A stretch of DNA of 64,000 nucleotides from the NCBI GenBank assembly GCA_038087875.1, contig CM075977.1, positions 170,562,001 to 170,626,000 of the forward strand, read 5' to 3'. This DNA comes from Malacoraja senta. Lineage: Eukaryota. The translations under genes were made by a program, and so were the position numbers. Under the pieces are notes generated by a model. It was not told the DNA's origin. It saw only the letters and a list, made by a program, of their open reading frames with translations, and made no database searches. This document shows, in pieces, positions 13,670 to 26,010 of the stretch; positions within the stretch are counted from its first letter, which is position 1; every line of letters begins with the position of its first letter.

Positions 13670-13970
13670 AGGTTAAAGATACAGCATGGAAACAGGCCCT
13701 TCATCCCAACGAGTCCACGCCAACGATCACCTGTTTACGCTAATTCTATGTTATCCCAATTTTGCATCCACTCCCTGCACACTCGGCAAGTTACAGAAGC
13801 CAGTTAACCCACGACCTGCATGCCATTGGAGTGTGATAGGAAACAGGAAACCCATGCGGTCACAGGGAGAATATACAAACTCCGCACAGACAGCACACGA
13901 GGTCAGGATCGAAGCCGGGTCTCTGGCGCAGTGAGGCAGCAGCTCGACCGTTGCACCACTGTGCCGCCCT
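13670..13970 (-). mobile_element. HE1/V-SINE-like SINE
   Basis: Reverse complement reads ggcggcacagtggtgcaacggtcgagctgctgcctcactgcgccagagacccggcttcgatcctgacc...gctgtctgtgcggagtttgta. Confidence 0.85.
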
Positions 13971-15483
13971 GTGCCAAGCATACTTGTTTGCTTTGATATT
14001 GGTGAGGGGATCAATGTGAAAGGATTCAGTTCAGAACTCCTTTGCTTCACGGGTGAACTTGATCGCAACATTGCTTGGGTTGTTGTGCCAGCAGTTATGG
14101 AGTAGGTGAAGATGCAGTCCCTCCTTCAGGCTAACTATCACCTGCCTGCTCATGTCCAATGGAAGTCCAGCTCTAGGGGAGGCCCACCCAGTCATTTATC
14201 AGCATTCCCCTTCATCACTTTGTCCTGTAGTGGGGTTTGGACACATCTCTCTGGAGGCTGGAGAACTCTCTCTTGCCTTAATTACATCCAGGTTCAGCAG
14301 CAGCTTCTTCCCAACAATCAGGAAACTGAGCACCACAAACTCCAAACTATGAACTGACTTGATTACACTGGGACTTAGGTCTTTGCCTTTTTGTCTTTCA
14401 CTATATTGTTTTAAAAAAATATATTTAACTTTTTGTTGTTGTTTGTGATGGTGTTTACTGAATACAATGTTTACATATCTGCTGTGCTGCTGCAAGTCAG
14501 AATTTCATTGATCCTTTTTGGGACATTTATCTTTCAGAGACTGACAGAAGTAAAGTCCTTCACCAGCCATTAATAAAAGTCATGGAAATGTCAGAGCCAT
14601 GACATCTGTTACTCTATATTATTTACAGTCCATACATTATATTATCCATACCTTACCAAGTCCCAATTCATCTTAACACAGAATAATGCTCATTAAAGCA
14701 TCCTCACAAAGCCATAATTGCCAAGTTTATCCTCTTCCCTAGCTTTGAACTGAGCTGAAACATTTGCGATCTTTCCTCCTTCTGCCACCTAGTCTTACAT
14801 CTGAGGAATATTTTGTTTGGCTGCTCCGCCATCTTTACCCTTGCGGCTCTCGACAGCTTCTGAAGCAACTAAGGATTTTTGTATTTTGAGGTATGTCAAC
14901 ATTTTAGCAAACCTCATATCATCCACCCCACCATATTGGAGACAGATGCTTTGTATTTTGTGCATTCTGATTTTATGGGAACATCTCTATTTTGGTCTGC
15001 ATCCAGTCCTACCCTTTGACAACCTTCCTCTCCTGTATGTGTTTCTAAAGAGCTTTTGGTCATTTAAACTCATTGATCTACGACCAGAGACCCTTTTTCC
15101 CTCATTTCATTTTTCAGTTTTCTTTGTATCTTTTGTGTTCAGTTATGCTCTCAAATACATTTTGTGTCAGGCGTTTATCTTACCTTTTTTTAAAATAAAC
15201 TTTTGTTTTAATTTCTGTGTGCTTAGTCTTGCAGGGAAGTTATGATTTGCAACACTCTTCTTTCTCTCCACGAAGAGTGTATCTAGTCTGTGACTAAAGC
15301 AGCTCCTATCCGTCAGCCTGCCTTTGCTATTTTATCTGCCGATCCTTGAGTTTATGCCATCTTAGGTCAGATTTCCTTTCAACTCTCTGAAATTAGCCCT
15401 CCTACAGTTGTATTGTTACATTTGGCTGTTCCGTTCCCATAACTACTCTCAACACTTTAGCTGTGCCTAACAGCAGACTCTTC

Positions 15484-15981
15484 ACTTGCATTCTCCATCA
15501 TGGTCTGGTTTGGCTCAGCCACCAAGCATGACATCCGGACGCTGCAGCGAATCGTCCGATCAGCTGAGAAGCTTGTTGGCTGCAACCTTCCCCCCATTGA
15601 CGAACTGTAGACTGCAATGGCCAGGAAGCGAGCGGTTAAGATCATCTCTGACCCCTCTCACCCAGGCCACATACTCTTTGAAGCACTTCCCTCTGGAAGG
15701 CGACTCTGGACGTCAAAGCCGCCACAGCCAGACATAAAAACAGCTTTTTTCCACGAGTAGTAGCTCTACTCAATAACCAAAAATCTCTAGCCTCATTTTG
15801 CTTTGGTATTTTATTTCATTCACATGTTTAAACTGTAATGTTTTATTATTAATGTTTAATGTCTTATTTGTCATTCTTAATTGTTACTGTATGTCGTGTT
15901 GTTACTTGTGAGCGGAGCACCAAGGCAAATTCCTTGTATGTGTACATACTTGGCCAATAAACTTATTCATTCATTCATTCA
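15484..15981 (+). mobile_element. Rex1/Babar LINE 3' fragment
   Basis: Translates SIMVWFGSATKHDIRTLQRIVRSAEKLVGCNLP...KIISDPSHPGHILFEALPSGRR; AATAAA followed by an (ATTC)n tail. Confidence 0.8.
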
Positions 15982-17031
15982 CTTAAACTCACAATGCTAA
16001 AACTGCCAAGATTTAAAAAACCATGATATCTGATGACATTCAGCACTGGGAAAGTAGGGTAGAAATCAATCTGTTCCTTCGTAATATGCTGGCATTTTAT
16101 TTCACAAAATGTTTTATTTTACTGGCTGTTTTCACATTTAAACGTTCAGCTGCTCAACGCATTCATCCAGGAAATGAAAGAAAACACATTGCCTGTATTC
16201 TACTATCATTGTTTTTACCTGCTAACTCATTTCATTAAACACATTCCTTTAAATAATTACATTTGTATCTAAATTAAATTGCCCAAAATGAGCAATTCAT
16301 TGTTCAATCCTCACAGAATTCCCAATAAAAATAATGAACATGTCAGAAATCTAGAGTTGTATGGGGACAATATTCATGAGATATTGCATTTGATTTTGCT
16401 TTTGAGGTCCAGTACACACACTGAACAAAGGACTTGCATTCACCCATCCATCTCCGAATTGAACGGGTTCAATGGGTTGTCTCTGCTGTCTTTGTCACGA
16501 TGTTGAGCATTTACTTATTTTTTTCTCCATCCTTATTAGTTAATTGTTTAGAGCTGCTACATTTTTAGAGAGGGGTAAGGACAGTAGCTTAAACAATTAA
16601 TTAAGTGTAAGATTAATACATTTCACAACTTCTTATCCATTACTTTCAGAGATTAGCAGCAGAACATGCCTTTAGGATACTAAATTCATGGGGAAAAGAT
16701 TACAACGGTATTGACTGAGGATGAGATGAGGGAAGAGTGCGCTTCATGGGTTAAATTGTTGTTTTTTAAATTTTAATAGATCGTGTATCTTGCACACATT
16801 TTCCCCATCTTAAATCATTTTCCCCATCTTAAATCAGAAACCACATACTGTGTGTCTCACTCTGATAAAAGCCACAAGAGAACAATCATCACAGTACAGT
16901 AAAATCATGTATATATTACGTTATGCCCTTCAGGCCATTATGCCCTACTGTTTATATTATGTTAGACAGTTAGTTACTGATAATATTGTAACTGCACCAT
17001 TTAAAATCCTGTCAAGAATTGTAGCACACTC

Positions 17032-17248
17032 TGTGTTGGAAAGAACTGCAGATGCTGGTTTAAATCAAAGGTAGACACAAAATGCTGCAGTAACTCAGCG
17101 GGACAAGCAGCATCTCTGGAGAGAAGGAATGGGTGACGTTTCGGGTTGAGACTGACTTAGACTCTGAAGAAGGGTCTCGACCCGAAACATCACCCATTCC
17201 TTCTCTCCAGAGATGCTGCCTGTCCCGCTGAGTTACTCCAGCATTTTG
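17032..17248. mobile_element. Palindromic hammerhead mini-element with TSD
   Basis: Arms ~17076-17150 and ~17175-17250 are reverse complements; CTGAAGA-A-GGGT-CTCG-ACCC-GAAACATC at 17164-17191; TSD TGTAGCACACTC at 17020-17031 and 17249-17260. Confidence 0.88.
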
Positions 17249-17851
17249 TGTAGCACACTCGGGTTGTTTCAAATCAAAATTAGCCATAGATCTTTATTAT
17301 ATGTACATTAAAAAAAGCAATGGCAAAAGATATCTGGTTATTGAATTTAAACAGATTAAAAAAAAACAACTAAGAAACAGTGACACTTGCAAACTTCAAG
17401 AAGACATCAAAGGTTTCAAAGGTCTTTTATTGTCACGTGTACCAATTAAGGTACAGTGATATTACCATAGAGCCATACTAAAACAGAGAGTTATGCACCA
17501 TTGGGCCAAGTACAAAATGCTTTTTTGTCTTTTTCTTCGTAATGTAATTTAGTACTACTTGAACATGATGTCAGACCCCAGGAATTACAATCCCTGCTGA
17601 GAACTGCTTGTAAGTTCCTTGTGTACTCTGCAGTTTGGGGCCAGCCGCACAAAACAATTATGAAGCTTTGTTTTTAATTTCTAATCACCGAAATTAAGAG
17701 TCGGGCAAGCACCACAATCCTCCAAACGTAGCTTGTTACCGTGACATTTAGGCCTCCCATGTGTGATCTGCTCAGAATCCTGTGCAATTGAACTTGCAGG
17801 ATATTACTTGGTCATAACCAATCATTTTTTAAAATAATTTTGAACTCACCA

Positions 17852-18453
17852 GGAGCAAAGAGGTCCTTCTGCAGTTGTACAGAGCCCTAATGAGACCACA
17901 CCTGGAGTATTGTGTGCAGTTTTGGTCCTTTAATTTGAGGAAGGGCATTCTTGCTATTGAGGGAGTGCAGCGTAGGTTTACAAAGTTAATTCCCGGGATG
18001 GCGGGACTGTCATATGCTGAGAGAATGGAGCAGCTGGGCTTGTACACTGGAGTTTAGAAGGATGAGTGGGTATCTCATTGAAACATATAAGATTGTTAAG
18101 AGTTTGGACACGCTAGAGGCAGGAAACATGTTCCCGATGTTGGGGGAGTCCAGAACCAGGGGCCACGGTTTAAGAATAAGGAGTAAGCCATTTAGAACGG
18201 AGACGAGGAAACACTTTTTCTCACAGAGAGTAGTGAGTCTGTGGAATTCTCTGCCTCAGAGGGCGGTGGAGGCAGGTTCTCTGGATGCTTTCAAGAGAGA
18301 GCTAGATAGGGCTCTTAAAAATAGCGGAGTCAGGGGATATGGAGAGAAGGCAGGAACGGGGTACTGATTGGGGATGATCAGCCATGATCACATTGAATGG
18401 CGGTGCTGGGTCGAAGCGCCGAATGGCCTACTCCTGCATCTATTGTCTATTGT
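17852..18453 (+). mobile_element. CR1 3' fragment (young subfamily)
   Basis: [11 protein letters not shown]...GEKAGTGY*, 3' UTR, (CTATTGT)n tail. Confidence 0.92.
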
Positions 18454-18548
18454 CAGATAAGCTAATGACCTTTTCCAATCTCCTGCTCGCCTTTCACTTT
18501 CAGACTGAGGAAGGGTTATGACCTGAAACGTCACATGTTACTGAGTTA

Positions 18549-19042
18549 AGGGCATGTCCCACGGGCATGCGACTCCATGCGGCAAGCGCGACCTAACCGC
18601 AAGCGGGGGCCGCGCGGAGGTCGAGTGATCCCCGTACAGGGCCGGTCCCACCAGCATGCGGCTGCATGCGGCAAGCGCTACCAAATCGGAAGCGGGGGCC
18701 GCACGGAGGTCGAGTGACGTCAAGACGGTGCGTACGGCGGCGAGGCGGTGCGCACGGCCTCGATGCAGCTGCGTCCGGCCTCGAGGCGGCTGCGTCCGGC
18801 GTCGAGGCGGTGCGCACTGCCGTCTATGCGGCGCGCACGGGCTCGATGCGGCTGCGGGCCGGCAGGCCGTTGCGGCACGGAATTTTTGAACAGTGTCAGT
18901 TTTTCGGAGCCCCGCGCGATGTCGGGACCAGCTCCGCACAACTCCATACGGCCCCGCGACCTCCGCGCAGCCCCCGCACGGCCCCCGCTTGCGGTTAGGT
19001 CGCGCTTGCCGCATGGAGTCGCATGCCCGTGGGACAGGCCCT
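18549..19042. mobile_element. GC/CpG-rich MITE with ~68 bp TIRs, same terminal motif as 7006 and 44206, inserted in a hammerhead repeat
   Basis: AGGGCATGTCCCACGGGCATGCGACTCC... / ...GGAGTCGCATGCCCGTGGGACAGGCCCT; flanks TTA/TAA; internal direct repeat ~18577-18628 vs ~18665-18718. Confidence 0.85.
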
Positions 19043-20384
19043 TAACTCCAGCATCTTCAGCTATCGGTAGTATGTGGGTGCTGATTCCTGATCTTTGCTT
19101 CCACTTATTTTACCTCCTTACTGTCCCTACACAACATCCACATTTATTAAGGATGAATTTATTTGTTTGTGTAGGAAGGAACTGCAGATGCTGGTTTAAA
19201 CCGAAGATAGACACAAAATGCTGGAGTAACTCAGCAGGACAGGCAGCATCTCTGGAGAGAAGGAGTGGGTGATGTTTCAGGTCAAGACCCTTATTATTTG
19301 GGTATGTTGGATGCTGATATGCAAGTTATAAATTTGTTTTTTTTTGCAACATGTTTCAGGAGATAAAATAAAACATTGTTTCTGAATTTCTCAATGGTAC
19401 TGCACCCATTTTCAAACGCACGCCTTGTTGTTAAGAGCATTCAGCCATACTGTAAATGAATCTACCCTGGACCAATCATAAGGACAAACATCAGAAATTA
19501 ACAATTTGGGACGAGATGGTCTGATGCTCTCACTTAACCGGGTCTATTTACAGAATGTGCTCAGTCTCTTCTCATTTCCTTCTGCCTGACCAGACCTGCA
19601 GTCCTTAGGTCCCTGCTGAATCAAAAATCTAACTTCCTTTAAATCTCTGAACCTGCTCAGAATCTGTAACGGGTCTGATCTGATACATGGGAATGTAGTA
19701 AAATTGCTAACCGTTTAAAATAAACATTTATGATTTTGCTACGAAGAGTGCCTGGGGAACTCTTTCCATACCGCACCTAGCATCAGGTTTCCTCAGTTCA
19801 TTAGTTATATTCCTGCATCTCTTTTCCTGAGCCAGCAAAATTCATTTCCAGTTATATGATTTAAAACACTTAGATTATGTCACCTCCAATTGCTTTTTAT
19901 TTTAAATGTGAAGAAATCCAACTCTTTTAACTCCATGACAGAGTGATTTTAATTGGTACAGTGCCTGCCAAAAGTTACTAACAATTGGATTGTGATATTG
20001 ACACACCAAAATGCACAAAGAGTTTAAGAAGTCACTGAATGGTTGCAGCACAAGGAGCCACCATTTGGGACCATCTGATCCTTAGTGGCAGTCATTTAAA
20101 AATATCCCAGCTCATACCACTCTACTGCTGTGTCCCCATGGCCCAGTATATTCATCCCTTTGGCTGTTGCACATATAGTTAGTAAACTGAGCACTCAAAG
20201 TTATCCTCTGCTCCATTTCCTTGTCAAAATGGTTGAAATGTAAGGGAACTTAGGAAAACGCAAGCCTTATACCCCATTCTGCAAAATGAACAATAAGCTA
20301 TCTGCTGGAGGAACTGGTAAAGCAATTGCTAATGTTTCAGGTTCAAGCCTTGCATTAGGACTGATGCAGGGTTTCGACCCACAG

Positions 20385-20580
20385 AGGGTGGAGGGTACAT
20401 GGACAGACCTGCCAGAGGAGGCTGTAGAGGCATAATAACATTTAAAAGACATTTGGACAGGTACATGGATAGAAGAGGTTCAAAGGGATATGGGTCAAAC
20501 ATAGGGAGGTGAAACAAGCATAGATTGGGGATCTTGGTCAACAAGTTGGGTTGTAGGGCCTGTTTCCGTGCTGTCTGAAC
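20385..20580 (+). mobile_element. Short CR1-type 3' fragment
   Basis: gagggtggagggtacatgg...acatttaaaagacatttggacaggtacatggat...ggcctgtttccgtgctgt. Confidence 0.7.
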
Positions 20581-21514
20581 TGATGATTCTGTAACACAGC
20601 TCCCTTCATCCATTTTTTGCCGAACATGAAATTGACCTCCCCTTTCATTTTCCCCCCTCTATTTCTCTTTTAATCTTAATAAGGCAGCACAAGCTGACTG
20701 CCAAATTCTCATTGAGGAGATACGTTGGATTCTTACAAGAATCACAATTTTACAGCTTGTTTTCAAGATGGACATGTGTAGTTCCTCACTGATGCTACTA
20801 GCTCAATGGTAGCATTCAGTTGTTCTAGCCAATTATCTTCATAAATTCTGGAAGTAGATTATTTAACATTTTATATGTTTTTTGTTGCAATAATATTCAC
20901 AGATAGCTTCCATTTGTTTATCATGCTCCTATTCTCATGATCAATCCGTCATGTTAAAATAATGCATAGTTCTATCAATTCAAGCAAAGTTTCAATGTGT
21001 GGCTATGTCTTTCTGTCTTATAGAGAGATACAGTATAGTAATGTGCCCATCCACCCAGTCAGTCCATGTAAGGGTTTAATTCACCCCACATTCTCAAGAA
21101 CTCCCCACAGATTCTACCACTCACCTACACGAGGGCTGAATTTACATTAGCCAATTAACCTACACATCTTTGGAACGTGGCAGGAAACTGGAGCATTTGG
21201 AAGAAAACGTGCAAGCTTCACATAGACAGCAGTAAAGGTCAGGACCAAAACCAGCTCTACTAACCGTGTTGCTGTCTCATCCTTCTTCCCTTTGCAGAAG
21301 GCTTAGGTTAGTCACGATGTCCATTATACTTCTTTGGCTTTCCTTTTAATTTCCTTTGCTATCGTTTTTGCATTTCAAAATTTATCTCTCTATATGTTAC
21401 TGAGTTTTTTGTAATGGGCAGTCATTTTTCTTAATTATTTTTCCAAAACACTAAATAATGCACTGTTATAAACATTGCTTGATCTGATGCCTTCTTCAAG
21501 GACCTACTCTCTAG

Positions 21515-21775
21515 TTTAGTTTATTTTAGAGATACAGCATAGAAGCAGGCCCTTCAGCCCACTGAGCCATGCCGACCAGCGATCACCCACAGACTAATTC
21601 TACCCTACACACTAGGGACAATTTACAGAAGCCAATTAAGCTACAACTTGTGGGTTGAAACCTGAGCACCTGGAGAAATCGCACTCCATCACAGAGAGAA
21701 CATACAAACTTCGTACAGACAACACCCGTGAGCAGGATTTAACCCAGGTCTCGGGCACTGTAAGGCAGCAACTCT
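21515..21775 (-). mobile_element. HE1/V-SINE-like SINE (a more decayed copy lies at ~21020-21270)
   Basis: (GTTTA)n-like tail, ggcccttcagccc, caaacttcgtacagacaacaccc, ccaggtctcgggcactgtaaggcagc. Confidence 0.75.
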
Positions 21776-23604
21776 ATTGTATATAGTCTGTACACGAGGA
21801 GTTGAAAGTGAAGGCACAGTTTGTGGCGCACTCCTGGTTTAGAATAGACGGCAACGGATGCGGCTTTAGGTCATAATGCTTCACAGCTTTGCCCACATCC
21901 TGCCACTGCTTATTAAAATCACACTATATAGTTCTCGCACTGGGGACTTGCCATGCTTTTCATTAAAATATACTGCTGGCAGAAATATAGCTCTTCTGGC
22001 TGCACGTGTGGTATGCATTAATCTTATTGAATATTTTGGCACCGACTTTATTGATTCAAATTTATGTGAATACAATGTTTCTTTACCCAGATGTAAGGGT
22101 TTAAGTGCTCTGTATTGCATAATTGCCTTGTGATTATATCTCCGCCAGGACCAGTGTATTTTACATTTGGCAAGTCTGACATATATTGGACAGGACTGAC
22201 AAGATTAGACACAGTTAATTGCACATTGGGATAAAACAGGAGCAGACACTGGAGTGTGGTACCATGTCGTTATAGTTGCTGTCACATCCCTACAGCTTTT
22301 ATGTTTCTTTGAATCAACCATCCTATTTATTTTTCAAGAAAAGATGCTGTAAAAGGTTCAAAAGGCCCATTGTACTTTCTTCAATCAATTGAGCTGGTTG
22401 AATTATCATATTTTCTTTTGCAAAAATAGAATCTTAAATGCTCGCTGACCCACATGGAGTGAGGCAATCAGAGACATGTCTCTTTAAAGGCAATCTCTGT
22501 CTTTCCAAATATTCCTTGTGTTTTATTATCTTCCTTTGATGTTAGTTCATTTGCAGAGTCCGCCAACCCATGCAGCATGCTTGTAAGTGACCGAACCCTC
22601 AAGGATGAAAAGAAAGGACAGAATTGAGAGAGATCTTTGGATCTCTTTATCAATAAATTCTCTGCTAAGGGCTCACAACAAATGTTGCTGATATTTGCTT
22701 CCTTGTTGTCGTCTCACTTGGAGTTTTCATCTTAAATGCTGAACTGTGTACATCTCCAATACTAGCCTTTCAGTGGGATGAACCAACATTGAAATGAAAT
22801 CAGTGGCCAAGACTTTCAAGGTGACACAATTGATTAATTTGTTAGGATTCTGTAGGAATGCAGGTTAGTTCAAGCATTGATTCAGATTCCACCTTTTGAC
22901 ACAATCGTAAACTCAGTGGTAATATTGTCACTCATGAACAATTATTTCACTTTTTTTTAATTTTCTTTCTTTAACACTTTGTATCCAAAAGTATTAAACC
23001 TAACTGTAAGCAAACTGCAGATACTGGAGGAATGGGGGAACCCCACAAAACGCATGAGTAACTCAACAGGTCAGACAGTGTCTCTGGAGGTCTTGGATAG
23101 GCGATGTTTCGGGTTGGGTGCTAAAGAAAAGGTTGAAGCATTAACAACAAAGTTTTACTGGGAGTGCCAAGTAGATCAACCATTTTGGTTCCCCCACCCC
23201 GAGCTCTCCACCATCGCAGAAGCCAGTCCCCAGCAAGTCAAGGAATTACATTTTTCATTGCATCACGGTACACATGACCAATACAGGTACCAAATGGCTG
23301 AGAACACCAGATACAGCAAATGTTGTGAAGATAGATACATCTCAGATGTAGTATTGAAGGTGGTTGTTGGTTGATAATTGCACAATGTCCAATTCCATTT
23401 GCAGGTTCTCAACAAATGAAGTGACACATGTCCCGACAGCTGTATGTATCACGTACAAAATCCAATGCAGTTACTGAAACAGGCTACTCTGCCTAATCCC
23501 AAACCTCTTACCTCTATCACCAAGTATAATTACTGCAAATGCAATGAAACACCACTTGCATGCTTCCCTCAGATTATATACCATCCCATCTCAGAGTTTT
23601 ATTT

Positions 23605-23890
23605 TTATAGATACAGCATGGATACAGACCCTTCAGCCCACCGAGTCTGTGCTGACCAATGATCCCCACACACTAGCATTATCCTACACACTAGGGACGA
23701 TTTACAATTTTTTACTGAAGCCAATTAACCTGTACCTCTTTGGAATGTGGGAGGAAACCGGAGCTCCTGGAGAAAACCCACTCGGTCACATGGAGAACAT
23801 ACAAACTCAGTACAGACAGCACCCATAGTCAGGTTCGAGCCCGGGTCTCTGGCACTGTAAGGCAGTGACTCAACCGCTGTGCCACCCATA
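23605..23890 (-). mobile_element. HE1/V-SINE-like SINE
   Basis: gtgggaggaaaccggagctcctggagaaaaccc...cagacagcacccatagtcaggttcgagcccgggtctctggcactgtaaggcag. Confidence 0.85.
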
Positions 23891-25656
23891 TCACCGGTAT
23901 ATAACATAAATCACCAGTTGCTCCATGTCACTGGGTCTAGCTCCTGGAATGGCATGACAGTCTTGAAGGGCCTACTCCTGTTCTTATTTTCCATGTGTTT
24001 GTTCATAGTATTTGCTCTCACCTGCAATAAATAAAATATCAGACTGTTTCCATGATGGGTGCTTGATTTGCAAGAGCAGATTGTGGCACACAATCTGGCA
24101 TACTAAACAATTGCCGTTTCATCTCATCTCAAGTTTGAATTTAGCTAAATGTTTCATCTTGTTGTTCTGCAGAAACATGGATTTAACATTTACAATCTGG
24201 CCAGGATAGGAAATGCTTGTCTAATGGTTTGGGTGACAGATCCCACATGAATCGGCGTTAGATGTGAGACACATTTCAGATATGCATGGTATGTTGTAAT
24301 TATATCCTGAATGTATTCCCAGACCTCTGGATATATCTGGGATATATCAGAGACTAAGGAATTGTAAATTGGCTGCAGGACATATAATTCTGGCACAAGA
24401 ATTTGGGATTGTGTCATGATAACTAAAGGCTTTCAAACAATTTAATGATTTTTAACAATTTCCTTCACCACCACTACTGAAGAGCTCCAACTGATTCAAG
24501 AAAATATATCATGGAATGTAATTGCTAAGTATTTCTAAAATTACAAAAATTAAGGATGTAGTATTGGACATGATTGCTTGCCCAACAGTGGTGTCCGATT
24601 GTAGAAACCAAGAACTGCAGTTGCTGGTTTATACAGAAGATAGACACAAAGTGGTGGAGTAACTCAGCGTCTCTGGAGAAAAAGGATGGGTGACATTCTG
24701 GGCCTGGGTCCCTTCTTCAGACTCAATTGTCGGGTGCGGTTTGTAAAATAGGATTTTAACACTATTAGAACATACAAACTGAAAAAAAAATCATTCAATC
24801 CATCGTGGAGATGCAAGGGACTACAGATGCTAGCAAAAACTTTAAAAAAACCTGCTGGAGGAACTTAATGGGTCAGGCAGCATCTGTGGAGGGAACTGGA
24901 CAGATGACATTTTGTGTTGGGGCCCTTTTCCAGACTGATGGTGTGGAGCGGAGATGGTTTTATTAGACGCAGAGTCCCGACCCAATACGTCATTCATTCA
25001 GTAAGATCATGCATGACCTACTGCAGCTCACTCATCATGAGCATGACCTACCGCAGCTTTACATCATGAGCAAGCTGTGATATATTGCACCTGATTTAAA
25101 TCATTGATATGGATTGAAAACAGCCAGAGTACCCCATAAACAAAAGTTCCCAATGTGAATACCATCCATTTAAATCACCTGTGCTTTTCAATTATTGACC
25201 AATCCTAATCTATACCAGATTACTAAATATTTTTAATGACCTCTTATACATCACCTTGATAAAGGCTTTCAGAAAATTGAAATACACTATTATTCACTGA
25301 CGTGGCATTATGTGTGCTGCTTTTACAATCTAAAAACATGCTCATAGATTTGTCAAATGCAATTTACTTTTCATTCATTTGTGTTGACTCTGCTCCATGG
25401 GGGAGGTAATTCCAATGAAGCCTGTTTGTGACTGGCTTGAACGAACAGTGCACATATATACAAGGGGGGAAATGGCAGTCGATGTTTCAGGTTGGGACCC
25501 TTCATCTGGACAGGTCAGCTAAAGAGTCCCTACCCAAAACATTGACTGTCCATTTCCCTCCGCAGATGCTGCTCGACCAGAGTTCCTCCAACACACTGTT
25601 TGTAACTCCAGATTATAGCAGCTGCAGTGTCTCATGTCTCCTGTGCACATACATTA

Positions 25657-26010
25657 CAGTGGCGCAGCTGATGGAGTTGCTGCCTCATAGTGCCAGAGAC
25701 CATGGATTAATCCTGACCTCGGGTGCAGTCTGTGTGGAGTTTCCATTCTCCCTGTGACCGCGTGGGTTTCCTCTGGGTGCTTGGGTTTCCTACGGGTGCT
25801 CAAGTTTTCTCCCATATCCCAAAGACATGTGGGTTTGTACATTCATTGACCTCTGTAACATAAAATTACCCCTCGTGTGCATGGAGTGAAAGAGAAAGTG
25901 GAATAACAGTGTGTACGGGTGATCGAAGGTCGCCATGGACTCAATGGGATAACAGTATGAATAGGTGATCAAACGTCGCCATGGACTCAGTGGTCGAGCT
26001 GTATCTCTAA
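25657..26010 (+). mobile_element. HE1/V-SINE-like SINE
   Basis: cagtggcgcagctgatggagttgctgcctcatagtgccagagacc...gtctgtgtggagtttcc...gggtttcc. Confidence 0.8.

Noticed and set aside
13880-13970. tRNA gene (A/B-box-like, GGTTCGA-like motif)
   Set aside because: It is the tRNA-derived head of a SINE and continues into the SINE core; no complete cloverleaf
14817-15245. 142-aa hydrophobic ORF as a membrane protein
   Set aside because: Non-ATG start, T-rich low-complexity composition, no family motif and no convincing splice context
18538-19272. Several overlapping GC-rich ORFs (up to 174 aa), possible CpG-island gene
   Set aside because: They lie within a palindromic MITE; ORFs on both strands arise from stop-poor GC-rich sequence and have no domain motifs
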